The notes beneath the pieces were generated by a model that saw only the letters and a list, made by a program, of their open reading frames with translations, ran no database searches and was not told where the DNA came from. 20,189 bases of DNA from the NCBI GenBank assembly GCA_041686025.1, contig JAWLEP010000007.1, positions 1 through 20,189 on the forward strand, read 5' to 3'. The DNA is from Candidatus Fermentibacteraceae bacterium. Its GTDB lineage: Bacteria; Fermentibacterota; Fermentibacteria; Fermentibacterales; JCC-6. Positions 1 to 7,834 of this stretch are shown here, one piece after another; the stretch's first letter is position 1, and each line of letters begins with the position of its first letter. The position numbers were made by a program, and so were the translations under genes.

Positions 1-1
1 G

Positions 2-325
2 CCGCCCGCACTAGGTGATCTCGATAGTGACGGCTGGGCCGACGTGCTGTCTTCCACCAGGAGAGACGCAAACGGACTGATCATGGGAATGGATAGAGAA
101 GGAGATCTTCTCCTGAACCCGAATTTCCCCTTCGTCCTTCCCGGGGAGGTGGATGTATCCAGCGGGTTTGCCGTCGCTGACATAGACCGCGACGAAAAGG
201 TAGAGATTGTGTTCGGTACCTCCGAAGGCCTACTGCACGTCTGGGAGCTGGGAGCCTGCGATCCCGGTTACGCTCCGTGGCCCCAGCACCGGCACGATGC
301 CGGCAGAACGGGAGTCCTCGAATGA
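2..325 (+). CDS. FG-GAP/VCBS-repeat protein, C-terminal part (5' truncated by window edge)
   Basis: Frame is open from base 2: PPALGDLDSDGWADV...FAVADIDRDEKVEIVFGT...WPQHRHDAGRTGVLE*. It has two DxDxD(G) FG-GAP-type Ca-binding repeats and a terminal WxQxRHDxxRTG motif. Stop TGA at 323-325. Confidence 0.8.
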   Translation, partial: PPALGDLDSDGWADVLSSTRRDANGLIMGMDREGDLLLNPNFPFVLPGEVDVSSGFAVADIDRDEKVEIVFGTSEGLLHVWELGACDPGYAPWPQHRHDAGRTGVLE

Positions 326-1764
326 CACTCCTGCTGACGCTTGCTGTTCTGGGGGTGACCCCGGGGCCAGGATGGAGTGAACCGTTCCCGGTAACCGAAG
401 AACCGACCATTGGTTACTTCGTCCTGCAGCTCATTACCCTGGACGCCCAAGAACGCGTCCATCTCCTGTGGGAGGACTACAAGGAGAGTGTAAGAATAGG
501 CTACAAGGTGTTCCTGAGGGACGGGACTACAGTTCTTCCCGACACCATGGTTTCGAGGGACACCGATAGCAACAATCCAAGCTGTACCTACTACTCCGAT
601 AGCCTGTTCGCCTTCTGGCGGGAGTACAATCCCGTCTACTACTGCATCCGCAGCCTGGAGGACGGAAGCGAGATCACCCCGCCAACTCACCTGTTCACGG
701 AGTACACCGACTACCCTCTTATCAGAGTCTGCCCGGACAGCCTGGGCAGACTGCACACGATCCGCAACATCGGACAGGACGTCTACTACGCTGCATGGAT
801 TCCGAAGGAGGGCGGCGGCTTCGACGAGGAATACGGATGGTTCATCCCGGACGCATGGGTTTCGGCCGTGCTGCTGGTCGACGGAGACAGGGTCCATGTG
901 GTCTATCAGACCTACCAGGACGCCACACCCCACTACCTGCAGTACGACCTGGAGGGAAACATCACCGTGTGGCCCTACGACTTTACGGCGGACGAGTTTG
1001 AGACCTACAGGTATCCGGAACTGGCCGTAGACTGCAACCGGGATCTTATTGTGGTTACAAAGGTGCACAGGATCGAAGAGACTCCGTTCTATGCGTTCTG
1101 GAAGCTGGACGGCGCCAGCGGATCCCTATTGGTTGACGAGAAGTGCCTGGTAGAAAGCAACATCCCCGAAATGGACATAAGCAGCCACATGGACATGGCT
1201 CCCTATCCCGGCAACGAGATGTTCTACCATGTCTGGAAGGACGGGTGGGGCTCCAGCAAGAAGCTCTGGTACATCTTCTTCGACAACGAAGGGGACATGA
1301 TAGTAGAGCCCACTATGGCCTACGACTACACCGATGAGGATCCCGAAGAACTGGATTACCCGGACGCTTTAGTCGACGATCAGGGCAATCTGTATGTCGT
1401 TTATGGCCAAGCTGAAGAAGAACCTGTTCTCGGTAGATACCCAACGTTTGGCTGGTTCGACCACAACTATCTGGGGATAGAGGGTGAGGCAGAGGCGGAG
1501 CTGCCCCCGCCCATCAGCCTGGCCGCTTCGTGCAACCCGTTCTCGGAAAGCGTAACCATCCATGTGGAGGGAAGCCCGGTTCCCGGGCTTCTCGAGGTCT
1601 ACGACGTCTCCGGCCGGAAGATCGCCTCCCTCGAGGCCGGCGAACAGGGAGCTTTCACCTGGGACGGCACCGACAGCTCGGGAAAGGAGATGCCCTCGGG
1701 CACCTACATCGTCCGGGGCGCCTCCGATGGCAGGCTGGCCTCCATCAGCGTGGTGAAGCTCTAG
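322..1764 (+). CDS. Secreted protein (480 aa) with C-terminal T9SS type-A sorting/FlgD Ig-like domain
   Basis: ATG at 322 overlaps the upstream stop (ATGA). Hydrophobic signal peptide MTLLLTLAVLG. Acidic, aromatic-rich beta-repeat-like body (DAQERVHLLW, DSLGRLHTI, DGDRVHVVY, DDQGNLYVVY). C-terminus NPFSESVTI..LEVYDVSGRKIASL..FTWDGTDSSGKEMPSGTYIVR..SVVKL. Confidence 0.85.
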   Translation: MTLLLTLAVLGVTPGPGWSEPFPVTEEPTIGYFVLQLITLDAQERVHLLWEDYKESVRIGYKVFLRDGTTVLPDTMVSRDTDSNNPSCTYYSDSLFAFWREYNPVYYCIRSLEDGSEITPPTHLFTEYTDYPLIRVCPDSLGRLHTIRNIGQDVYYAAWIPKEGGGFDEEYGWFIPDAWVSAVLLVDGDRVHVVYQTYQDATPHYLQYDLEGNITVWPYDFTADEFETYRYPELAVDCNRDLIVVTKVHRIEETPFYAFWKLDGASGSLLVDEKCLVESNIPEMDISSHMDMAPYPGNEMFYHVWKDGWGSSKKLWYIFFDNEGDMIVEPTMAYDYTDEDPEELDYPDALVDDQGNLYVVYGQAEEEPVLGRYPTFGWFDHNYLGIEGEAEAELPPPISLAASCNPFSESVTIHVEGSPVPGLLEVYDVSGRKIASLEAGEQGAFTWDGTDSSGKEMPSGTYIVRGASDGRLASISVVKL

Positions 1765-2066
1765 AGCTGGCTAGCCTCTGTGGGCAGCAATTTGCTACGC
1801 CGTAACATTACTCAACGTATTCATCCACTCTACCGAATAGGCAGCGGCCTGAGTTCGATAATCGGTTAAGATGCCCCGCCAGCGCCGCGCCTTTCATCCA
1901 TTTTTGCCTCGGCTCTGGTGCTGGAGGGCAAGACCCTCCAAAGCGCATCCATAATGCGTTCATAAGCTGCGCGATGGCGCGACTTATCACGCATTGGCCA
2001 CTGACCATCGAAAGCCCAATTGCGCAGGGCGTATGAAATGATGAGGATGTGACCGGCAGCGGCCCG

Positions 2067-3851
2067 TCAGGCCTTCTCCACCCAGAAACCGTTGAGGTAC
2101 ATGCAGTCTATGCCACTCTTGGAGAAGGTCTTCAGGGCGTGCTCGGGTGTGGAGGCTATGGGGTCTCCGCGGAGGTTGAAGCTGGTGTTCACCAGCACGT
2201 CCACGCCGGTGGCCTCCCCGAAGGAGCGGATGATGTCGTAGTAGAGGGGGTTGTCCTCCCGGCGGACCGTCTGCAGCCTGCCGGTGCCCATGTGGTTCAC
2301 GGCGGCCACCTTCTCCCCCTGCGACTCCTTCCAGGGCATAACCGTGAGCATGAAGCGGGCGGGGCGGTAGTCCTCGTCCTCCCCGATGCCCTCGAACCAG
2401 CGGTGGGCCGACTCCTCGGGCACCGCCGGGGCGAATGGACGGAATGGCTCGCGGAACTTGATCTTGCTGTTGATCACGTCCTTCATCTCCGCGCCGCGGG
2501 GGTCTGCAAGTATGGACCTGTTGCCCAGGGCCCGGGGACCCCACTCGAAACGGCCCTGGCAGAGGGCCATCACGCTGCCGCGCAGGACGGCGTCGCGGGA
2601 GAGCTCCACCGCCCGGTGGTGGTCCACCTCCCGAAAGCGCAGCCCCGTTCCCTCCAGGGCCTCGGCGGTGCGGGCGCCGTCGTAGCTCTCGCCCCAGAAG
2701 GCGTGGTCCAGCACCTCCTCCCGGGGGTTGCCCAGCAGGACATGCCATGTGTAGAGGGCGGCTCCCAGGGCGCCTCCGGCGTCGCCGGCGGCGGGCTGTA
2801 TGAAGAAGCCGCTGAAGGGGGTCTCCCGCTTGATCCTGCCGTTGGCCACTGAGTTCAGGGCCACCCCGCCTGCCATGCAGAGGTTCTCCTGGCCCGTCCT
2901 CTCGTGCAGGGCGCGGACCATGTCCAGCAGCACCTCCTCGGTGACCCGCTGTATGCTGGCGGCCACATCTGCGTAGTGCTGGTTCCTCCGGGCCTCATCG
3001 CTGCCGGGGCCTATCTCCCCGGGGTTGGTGCGGGGGGTTATGAACTCGCTGCCCGGAGCCCGGGGCGGGCCGAAGAGGTCGGTGAACCTGCGGCTGAAGC
3101 TCCGCTCGGGGGAGTAGTGGTAGCTGAGGTAGTCCATGTTCAGGCTGAAGCTGCCCCCGGGGCCGGTGCGGAGTATCCGGTCGTATATCTCGCCCGTGTA
3201 CTTCGGATCGCCGTAGGGCGCCATGCCCATCACCTTGTACTCGCCGTTGTTGACCCGGAAGCCCAGGAAGGCGGTAAAGGCGGAGTAGAGCAGGCCCAGG
3301 GAGTGGGGGAAGCGCTGGGTCTGGTCCAGGTCGATGCTGTTGCGGCCGCCGTCGCCCCAGTCGGACGTGGCGGTGCCGGTGGCGGTGGTGGTCCACTCCC
3401 CCACGCCGTCCACCGTGAGCAGGGCAGCCTCCCGGAAGGGGGAGCTGAAGAAGGCGCTGGCGGCGTGGGCATCGTGGTGGTCGACGAAGAGTATCCTCTC
3501 GGAGGGGAGGTCCAGCTCCCGGGATATGCGGGAGCGGATCCACAGCTTCTTCTCGAACCAGTTGATCATCGACTCCCCGAACAGCCTCCAGGAGCGGGGG
3601 AAGGTTGCCAAAGAAGACAGCAGTATGCGCTCGAACTTCACCAGCGGCTTCTCGTAGAAGACCACGTAGTCCAGGTCCGCGCCGTCTATGCCCGCCTCCC
3701 GGAGGCAGTAGGCTATGGCCCCCTCCGGGTAGGAGGAATCGTGCTTGCGGTGGGAGAAGCGCTCCTCCTGGGCGGCTGCCACCAGGTGCCCGTCCCGAAG
3801 CAGCGCCGCGGCGGCGTCGTGGTAGTAGCAGGAGATGCCCAGAATGTGCAT
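2067..3851 (-). CDS. Carbamoyltransferase, NodU/CmcH/TobZ (SxtI-like) family
   Basis: 594 aa with ILGISCYYHDAAAAL, QEERFSHRKHD, DHHDAHAASAF, DGVGE, EYKVMGMAPYG, AGGVALNSVANG, GPRALGNRSILADPR, KFREPFRPFAP and NTSFN motifs. Confidence 0.96.
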   Translation of the reverse strand: MHILGISCYYHDAAAALLRDGHLVAAAQEERFSHRKHDSSYPEGAIAYCLREAGIDGADLDYVVFYEKPLVKFERILLSSLATFPRSWRLFGESMINWFEKKLWIRSRISRELDLPSERILFVDHHDAHAASAFFSSPFREAALLTVDGVGEWTTTATGTATSDWGDGGRNSIDLDQTQRFPHSLGLLYSAFTAFLGFRVNNGEYKVMGMAPYGDPKYTGEIYDRILRTGPGGSFSLNMDYLSYHYSPERSFSRRFTDLFGPPRAPGSEFITPRTNPGEIGPGSDEARRNQHYADVAASIQRVTEEVLLDMVRALHERTGQENLCMAGGVALNSVANGRIKRETPFSGFFIQPAAGDAGGALGAALYTWHVLLGNPREEVLDHAFWGESYDGARTAEALEGTGLRFREVDHHRAVELSRDAVLRGSVMALCQGRFEWGPRALGNRSILADPRGAEMKDVINSKIKFREPFRPFAPAVPEESAHRWFEGIGEDEDYRPARFMLTVMPWKESQGEKVAAVNHMGTGRLQTVRREDNPLYYDIIRSFGEATGVDVLVNTSFNLRGDPIASTPEHALKTFSKSGIDCMYLNGFWVEKA

Positions 3852-3862
3852 TCTTCCTCCGC

Positions 3863-4372
3863 TCAGAACTGGTTCCTGGCCTGGTCCACGCTGCGGTCCC
3901 GGTCCTCCGGACCCCTCCGTTGCCAGCCGGGGGGCTTTCTGGTGCCCAGTGGATTGGAGACGAACCTGACCAGCAGGGCGAATGGGGCGGCAACGGTCAT
4001 GTAGAAAAACGAGAGCACCATCCTGCCCTGGAAGTTCCCCATACGGGCTGCGAAGACCTTCCAGCGGCGCCAGCCCCTGCCCACCGCGCTTCCCCCCGAG
4101 TCCTCCCTCACCGGCGTCTCGGGAAGGCTTCCGCGGCGGGGAAGCAGGGCGAGCCAGCCCGTGCCGAAGCCGGCAGCCACTCCCGCTGCGATGGAGAGCC
4201 AGCGGCCCAGGTCCGGCCGCAGAACCAGCGCAGCCACTATCACCATGGCGGCCAGCGGGAGGTCCGGCAGCCGGGGGACCGGCTGCTTGTCCCTGCCCAC
4301 ACAGGCGGCGGCGCCGGCGGAGTAGCCCACCAGCGTAAGAAGAACCAGCGCGATGCCGCTGATCAGGTCCAT
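3863..4372 (-). CDS. SxtJ-like membrane protein
   Basis: 169 aa, several hydrophobic segments. C-terminal WKVFAARMGNFQGRMVLSFFYMTVAAPFALLVRFVSNPL resembles the SxtJ-family motif. Ends 11 nt before the carbamoyltransferase start. Confidence 0.75.
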   Translation of the reverse strand: MDLISGIALVLLTLVGYSAGAAACVGRDKQPVPRLPDLPLAAMVIVAALVLRPDLGRWLSIAAGVAAGFGTGWLALLPRRGSLPETPVREDSGGSAVGRGWRRWKVFAARMGNFQGRMVLSFFYMTVAAPFALLVRFVSNPLGTRKPPGWQRRGPEDRDRSVDQARNQF

Positions 4373-4376
4373 GCGG

Positions 4377-4556
4377 TCAGAACAGCGTGTAGATGAAGGG
4401 GGCCACGGCAGAGCCCTGGGCGAAGACCAGCACGGCCACCAGCAGGACCAGCACCACCATCATGGGGACCAGCCACCAGAGCTTGCGGGCCCACATGAAC
4501 CGCAGAAGCTCCCCCAGCACGCCCAGCCTGTCCAGCAGTCCGCCGCGTCTCGCCAT
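4377..4556 (-). CDS. DUF5989 / SxtK-like small membrane protein (59 aa)
   Basis: Tail of the long minus ORF 4377-5207, from ATG at 4556: MARRGGLLDRLGVLGELLRFMWARKLWWLVPMMVVLVLLVAVLVFAQGSAVAPFIYTLF. The RKxWWLxP...QGSAVAPFIYTLF signature is characteristic of the family. Confidence 0.9.
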   Translation of the reverse strand: MARRGGLLDRLGVLGELLRFMWARKLWWLVPMMVVLVLLVAVLVFAQGSAVAPFIYTLF

Positions 4557-4639
4557 AGGGTATCCAATCACGGTTGGTCCGGAGTCATGATTGATTCGAA
4601 CTGGGAACCCGATTGTCAACATACCCCCGGGGCCGGCCT

Positions 4640-4668
4640 TTGCGGAACCCGCCTCCATCCCCCATCTT
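4640..4668 (+). promoter_or_regulatory. Possible sigma70-type promoter for the methyltransferase
   Basis: TTGCGG (4640-4645), 17-nt spacer, CATCTT (4663-4668), in the divergent intergenic region. Only a partial consensus match. Confidence 0.3.
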
Positions 4669-4709
4669 TGCAGGCCGGAGACGGACGACAACCAGCGGAC
4701 GGGAGCGGC

Positions 4710-5864
4710 TTGTACCTCTACCAGGATAGGAACCGCTACTTCGCCATGGCCTCGGACACCGTCGAGGACCTGGCGGAGGAGGAGCTGCGGGAACTGGGGG
4801 CCAGGCGGACGGCCACCACCTACCGGGGGGTTTACTTCTCGGCAGACCGGGCCACGCTTTACCGCATCAACTACATGACCAGGCTGGTCACCCACGTGCT
4901 GGCACCGCTGGACGAGTTCGGCTGCCACAACCCCGACTACCTCTACCGCAGGGCACGCCGGGTGGACTGGTCGGACTTCATCGGACCCGACCAGACCTTC
5001 GCCGTCTTCGCCAACGTCTCCGAAAGCAAGATAGACCATTCCCAGTACGCGGCTCTGCGGGTGAAGGACGCGGTGGTGGACCAGATGCGTGACCGCTACG
5101 GCCGCCGGCCGTCGGTGGATCGCGAAGACCCCCATCTGTGGATAAACCTGCACATACACAACAACCGCGCCTCCCTGCGCATTGACACCTCGGGAGGCTC
5201 GCTGCACCGGCGCGGATACCGCCTGGACTCGGTGGAGGCCCCCATTCGGGAGACCAACGCCGCGGCCATCATACGCATCACCGGCTGGAACGGCCGGCGG
5301 CCCCTCTACGACCCCATGTGCGGGTCCGGCACACTGCTGGCAGAGGCGATGATGAGCTACTGCCGGATCCCCGCCGGATACCTCCAGGAGCGGTTCGGCT
5401 TCATGCGGCTTCCGGACTACGACCCCGAGCTGTGGGAACAGGTCCGGCGGGGCTGCAACGGCTGGATGCGCCCGCTGCCGGAGGGACTGATAGCCGGCAG
5501 CGACGCCGACCCGAAGGCTGTGGAGGCGGCCCGGGAGAACCTCTCCCGTCTGCCGGGGGGAGGCGGCGTGGAGCTGGCGGTGAGCCGCTTCCAGGACCTG
5601 GCCGGCCTGCAGAACGTGGAGATCGTCACGAACCCCCCCTACGGGAAGCGAATTGGCAGATCGGACATGGAGACCTTCATGGAGGAGCTGGGGGATTTCC
5701 TGAAGCAGAGGTGCCGGGGCTCGGTGGCCTGGGTCTACACCGGGCGGCGGGAGCTTCTGAAGAGCGTGGGGCTGCGCACCTCCATGAAGCGGCCGCTGCG
5801 CAACGGCCCCATGGACGGGCGCCTGGCCAGGTACGAGATCTACGAGGGCTCCCGGAAGGGCTGA
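4710..5864 (+). CDS. rlmL: THUMP-domain class I SAM-dependent RNA methyltransferase (stand-alone RlmL/YpsC-like)
   Basis: Probable TTG start at 4710 after GGGAG. THUMP region (VKDAVVDQMR, DTSGGSLHRRGYR, APIRETNAAA), SAM motif DPMCGSGT and catalytic NPPYG. 384 aa. Confidence 0.85.
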   Translation: MYLYQDRNRYFAMASDTVEDLAEEELRELGARRTATTYRGVYFSADRATLYRINYMTRLVTHVLAPLDEFGCHNPDYLYRRARRVDWSDFIGPDQTFAVFANVSESKIDHSQYAALRVKDAVVDQMRDRYGRRPSVDREDPHLWINLHIHNNRASLRIDTSGGSLHRRGYRLDSVEAPIRETNAAAIIRITGWNGRRPLYDPMCGSGTLLAEAMMSYCRIPAGYLQERFGFMRLPDYDPELWEQVRRGCNGWMRPLPEGLIAGSDADPKAVEAARENLSRLPGGGGVELAVSRFQDLAGLQNVEIVTNPPYGKRIGRSDMETFMEELGDFLKQRCRGSVAWVYTGRRELLKSVGLRTSMKRPLRNGPMDGRLARYEIYEGSRKG

Positions 5865-6806
5865 TCAGTCCCGCGGGCGCAGCTGGGGCTTGCCCTCGGA
5901 TGCGTTGTCGTAGAAGCGGGTGGTGGGGTAGGCGAAGTCGATGTCATCCCGTCCGGCGAAGGCGTCCAGCACACCCTCCCAGAACTCCTGGACCGCCCCC
6001 CGCCGCTGCCGGGGCCGCACCGGAAAGCGGGCGGTGAGCAGCACGCCGCTGTCCACCACGCTGGTGTAGATGATGGGAGTGGAAGCCCCCCTGTAGATCA
6101 GGTATCGGCGGTCATCGCCCTGCCGGAAGCCGGTAAGATCAGAGGTGTCCTCCACCACCTTCTCCAGAACGTCCTCCATCAGCTCCCTGGCAGCCCTCCA
6201 GCTGCTCTCGAAGGTGACCAGCACGGCCACCTCCTCCCATATGTGCTCGGTCCCCGAGGTGTAGTTGGCTACGCTCTCGGAAAACACCCTGCCGTTGGGG
6301 ACGTGCACGATACGGCCGGTGCTCTGGTCGGCGGCCACCCAGTTGCCCACCTCCAGCAGCGAGAAGCCCAGCACCCGGATGTCCACCACGTCTCCCCTGA
6401 CGCCGGCCACCTCTATCCTGTCGCCCAGGGCGAAGGGCCGCCGGAGCATGATGTAGAACCACCCCGCTATGTTGGCGATGATCTCCCTGAGGGCTATGGC
6501 GATACCGGCGGAGGCCAGACCCAGGAAGGTGGCCAGGCTGGAGAAGCCCCGGAACCACACCCTTCCCACCAGGATCAGGCCCAGCAGGATGGCCAGGTAG
6601 CCCGCCGTCCGCTGCCAGATGAAGCGGGACCGGGGCTCGGCGACCCGCCGGCCGATCACCCTGGAGGCCACCCTGCGGGCCACCCACAGGCCGGCCACTA
6701 TGACCACTGTAAATGCTATCCTGGCCTGGTGCTCGGCTGCGATGCCGGTCAGATCCTCCACAAAGGCGGCGACTGTCTGGGGTATCAGGGCCGACTCCCC
6801 TTCCAC
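5865..6806 (-). CDS. Small-conductance mechanosensitive channel (MscS family)
   Basis: LGLASAGIAIALREIIANIAGWFYI, RPFALGDRIEV..GDVVDI, GRIVHVPN..VANYT, IDFAYPT. Start uncertain: GTG 6806, or CTG 6788 behind a GGAG. Confidence 0.92.
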   Translation of the reverse strand: MEGESALIPQTVAAFVEDLTGIAAEHQARIAFTVVIVAGLWVARRVASRVIGRRVAEPRSRFIWQRTAGYLAILLGLILVGRVWFRGFSSLATFLGLASAGIAIALREIIANIAGWFYIMLRRPFALGDRIEVAGVRGDVVDIRVLGFSLLEVGNWVAADQSTGRIVHVPNGRVFSESVANYTSGTEHIWEEVAVLVTFESSWRAARELMEDVLEKVVEDTSDLTGFRQGDDRRYLIYRGASTPIIYTSVVDSGVLLTARFPVRPRQRRGAVQEFWEGVLDAFAGRDDIDFAYPTTRFYDNASEGKPQLRPRD

Positions 6807-6874
6807 GGGAATCCCATACCAAGCTTGCACAGGCACAGATATGCGCACGCACCGGGATTTCTGCAAGCCGAGCT

Positions 6875-6902
6875 TTGATCTCCCCTCAGGCTTGGGTATG
6901 CT
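6875..6902 (+). promoter_or_regulatory. Possible sigma70-type promoter for the glycosyltransferase
   Basis: TTGATC (6875-6880), 16-nt spacer, TATGCT (6897-6902), 29 nt before the proposed start. Confidence 0.35.
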
Positions 6903-6931
6903 TCCATCAGCTTCGGAAAGGGCGGTGCGGA

Positions 6932-7828
6932 TTGGCCGTTGACGTCTCGGTGCTGATGGTGGTCTACGGCAGGTGGGACCTGACGGAGCGGTGCGTCCGC
7001 TCGCTGCTGGGCTCCCGGGGGGTCACCGTCAGGATCACGCTGGTGGACAACGGCCATCCGGACCCGGCCCCGGCCTGGGCGCAGGAAACTCCCGGACTGC
7101 GCTACCACAGGTCCGGGGAGAACCTGGGCTTTGCCGCCGGCATGAACCTGGCCTTCCGGGAGGCCCGCCCCGACGGCGCAGGGCTGTCCATGGTGGTGAA
7201 CAACGACACCGTCTTCCCGCCGGGGTGCCTGGAGTCCATCGCGGAGTTCATGGAAAGCCGGCCGGACGCCGGCGCCGCAGGACCCCCGGTCCTCCATGCC
7301 GAAGACCCTCAGAAGGTCTGGAGCGCCGGCGGGTTCCTGCAGCCCTGGCTCATGCGCTACCGGCAGAGACGCTGGCCCACCCGGTCAGACCTTCCCGCCG
7401 GGCCGGTGGGCGTGGACATGCTCTCCGGCTGCGCGATGATGGTAAGGTCCGACCTCCTCGAGGCCCTGGGGGGGTTCCGGGAGGACCTCTTCATGTACTA
7501 CGAGGACGCCGATCTCTGCCGCCGCATCCGGGAATCTGGCAGTGGGGTCAACCTGGTGCCCGGCGAGGGAGTCCTGCACCACGTGGAGGCCAGCAGCACA
7601 GGGGCCCCGTGGCTGCCCGAGTACTGCTCCCGCCGCAACAGGCTGATCCTCTCGCCTGCGGTGCAGACCCCGGCTCAGAGAGCCTTCTTCGTCCTCTGGA
7701 TGTGGGCCGGGACACTTCTGAAGACGCTGGCCAGCCTCCGGCCCGGCCGCGTCGGAGGGATCCCCTGGCTGTGGAGGGCCATGGTCCACGGTCTTGCCGG
7801 CCGGGGCGGGCCTCCTCCGGGAGATTGA
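6932..7828 (+). CDS. Glycosyltransferase family 2 (WbbL/rhamnosyltransferase-like)
   Basis: Probable TTG start at 6932. VSVLMVVY, LVDNG, ENLGFAAGMN, VVNNDT, LSGCAMMVR and FMYYEDADLCRR motifs. About 298 aa. Confidence 0.9.
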   Translation: MAVDVSVLMVVYGRWDLTERCVRSLLGSRGVTVRITLVDNGHPDPAPAWAQETPGLRYHRSGENLGFAAGMNLAFREARPDGAGLSMVVNNDTVFPPGCLESIAEFMESRPDAGAAGPPVLHAEDPQKVWSAGGFLQPWLMRYRQRRWPTRSDLPAGPVGVDMLSGCAMMVRSDLLEALGGFREDLFMYYEDADLCRRIRESGSGVNLVPGEGVLHHVEASSTGAPWLPEYCSRRNRLILSPAVQTPAQRAFFVLWMWAGTLLKTLASLRPGRVGGIPWLWRAMVHGLAGRGGPPPGD

Positions 7829-7834
7829 CTGACC

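Noticed and set aside
1800..1872. Integron attC site (TAAC...GTTA imperfect hairpin)
   Set aside because: Ends do not fit RYYYAAC/GTTRRRY on either strand, the R boxes are not complementary beyond 4 bp, and there is no cassette array or integrase.
1808..2008. 66-aa minus-strand ORF in the low-GC spacer
   Set aside because: No SD, atypical codon usage and no recognisable motif.
2067..4556. Saxitoxin biosynthetic cluster
   Set aside because: Only sxtI/J/K-like genes are present. There is no SxtA-like PKS, amidinotransferase or other core sxt gene in the window.
4639..4670. Bacteroidota-type promoter TTTG-N20-CATCTTTG
   Set aside because: It mismatches the TAnnTTTG element and reads equally well as an ordinary sigma70 promoter. 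The clearest promoters in the window are canonical TTGACA types.
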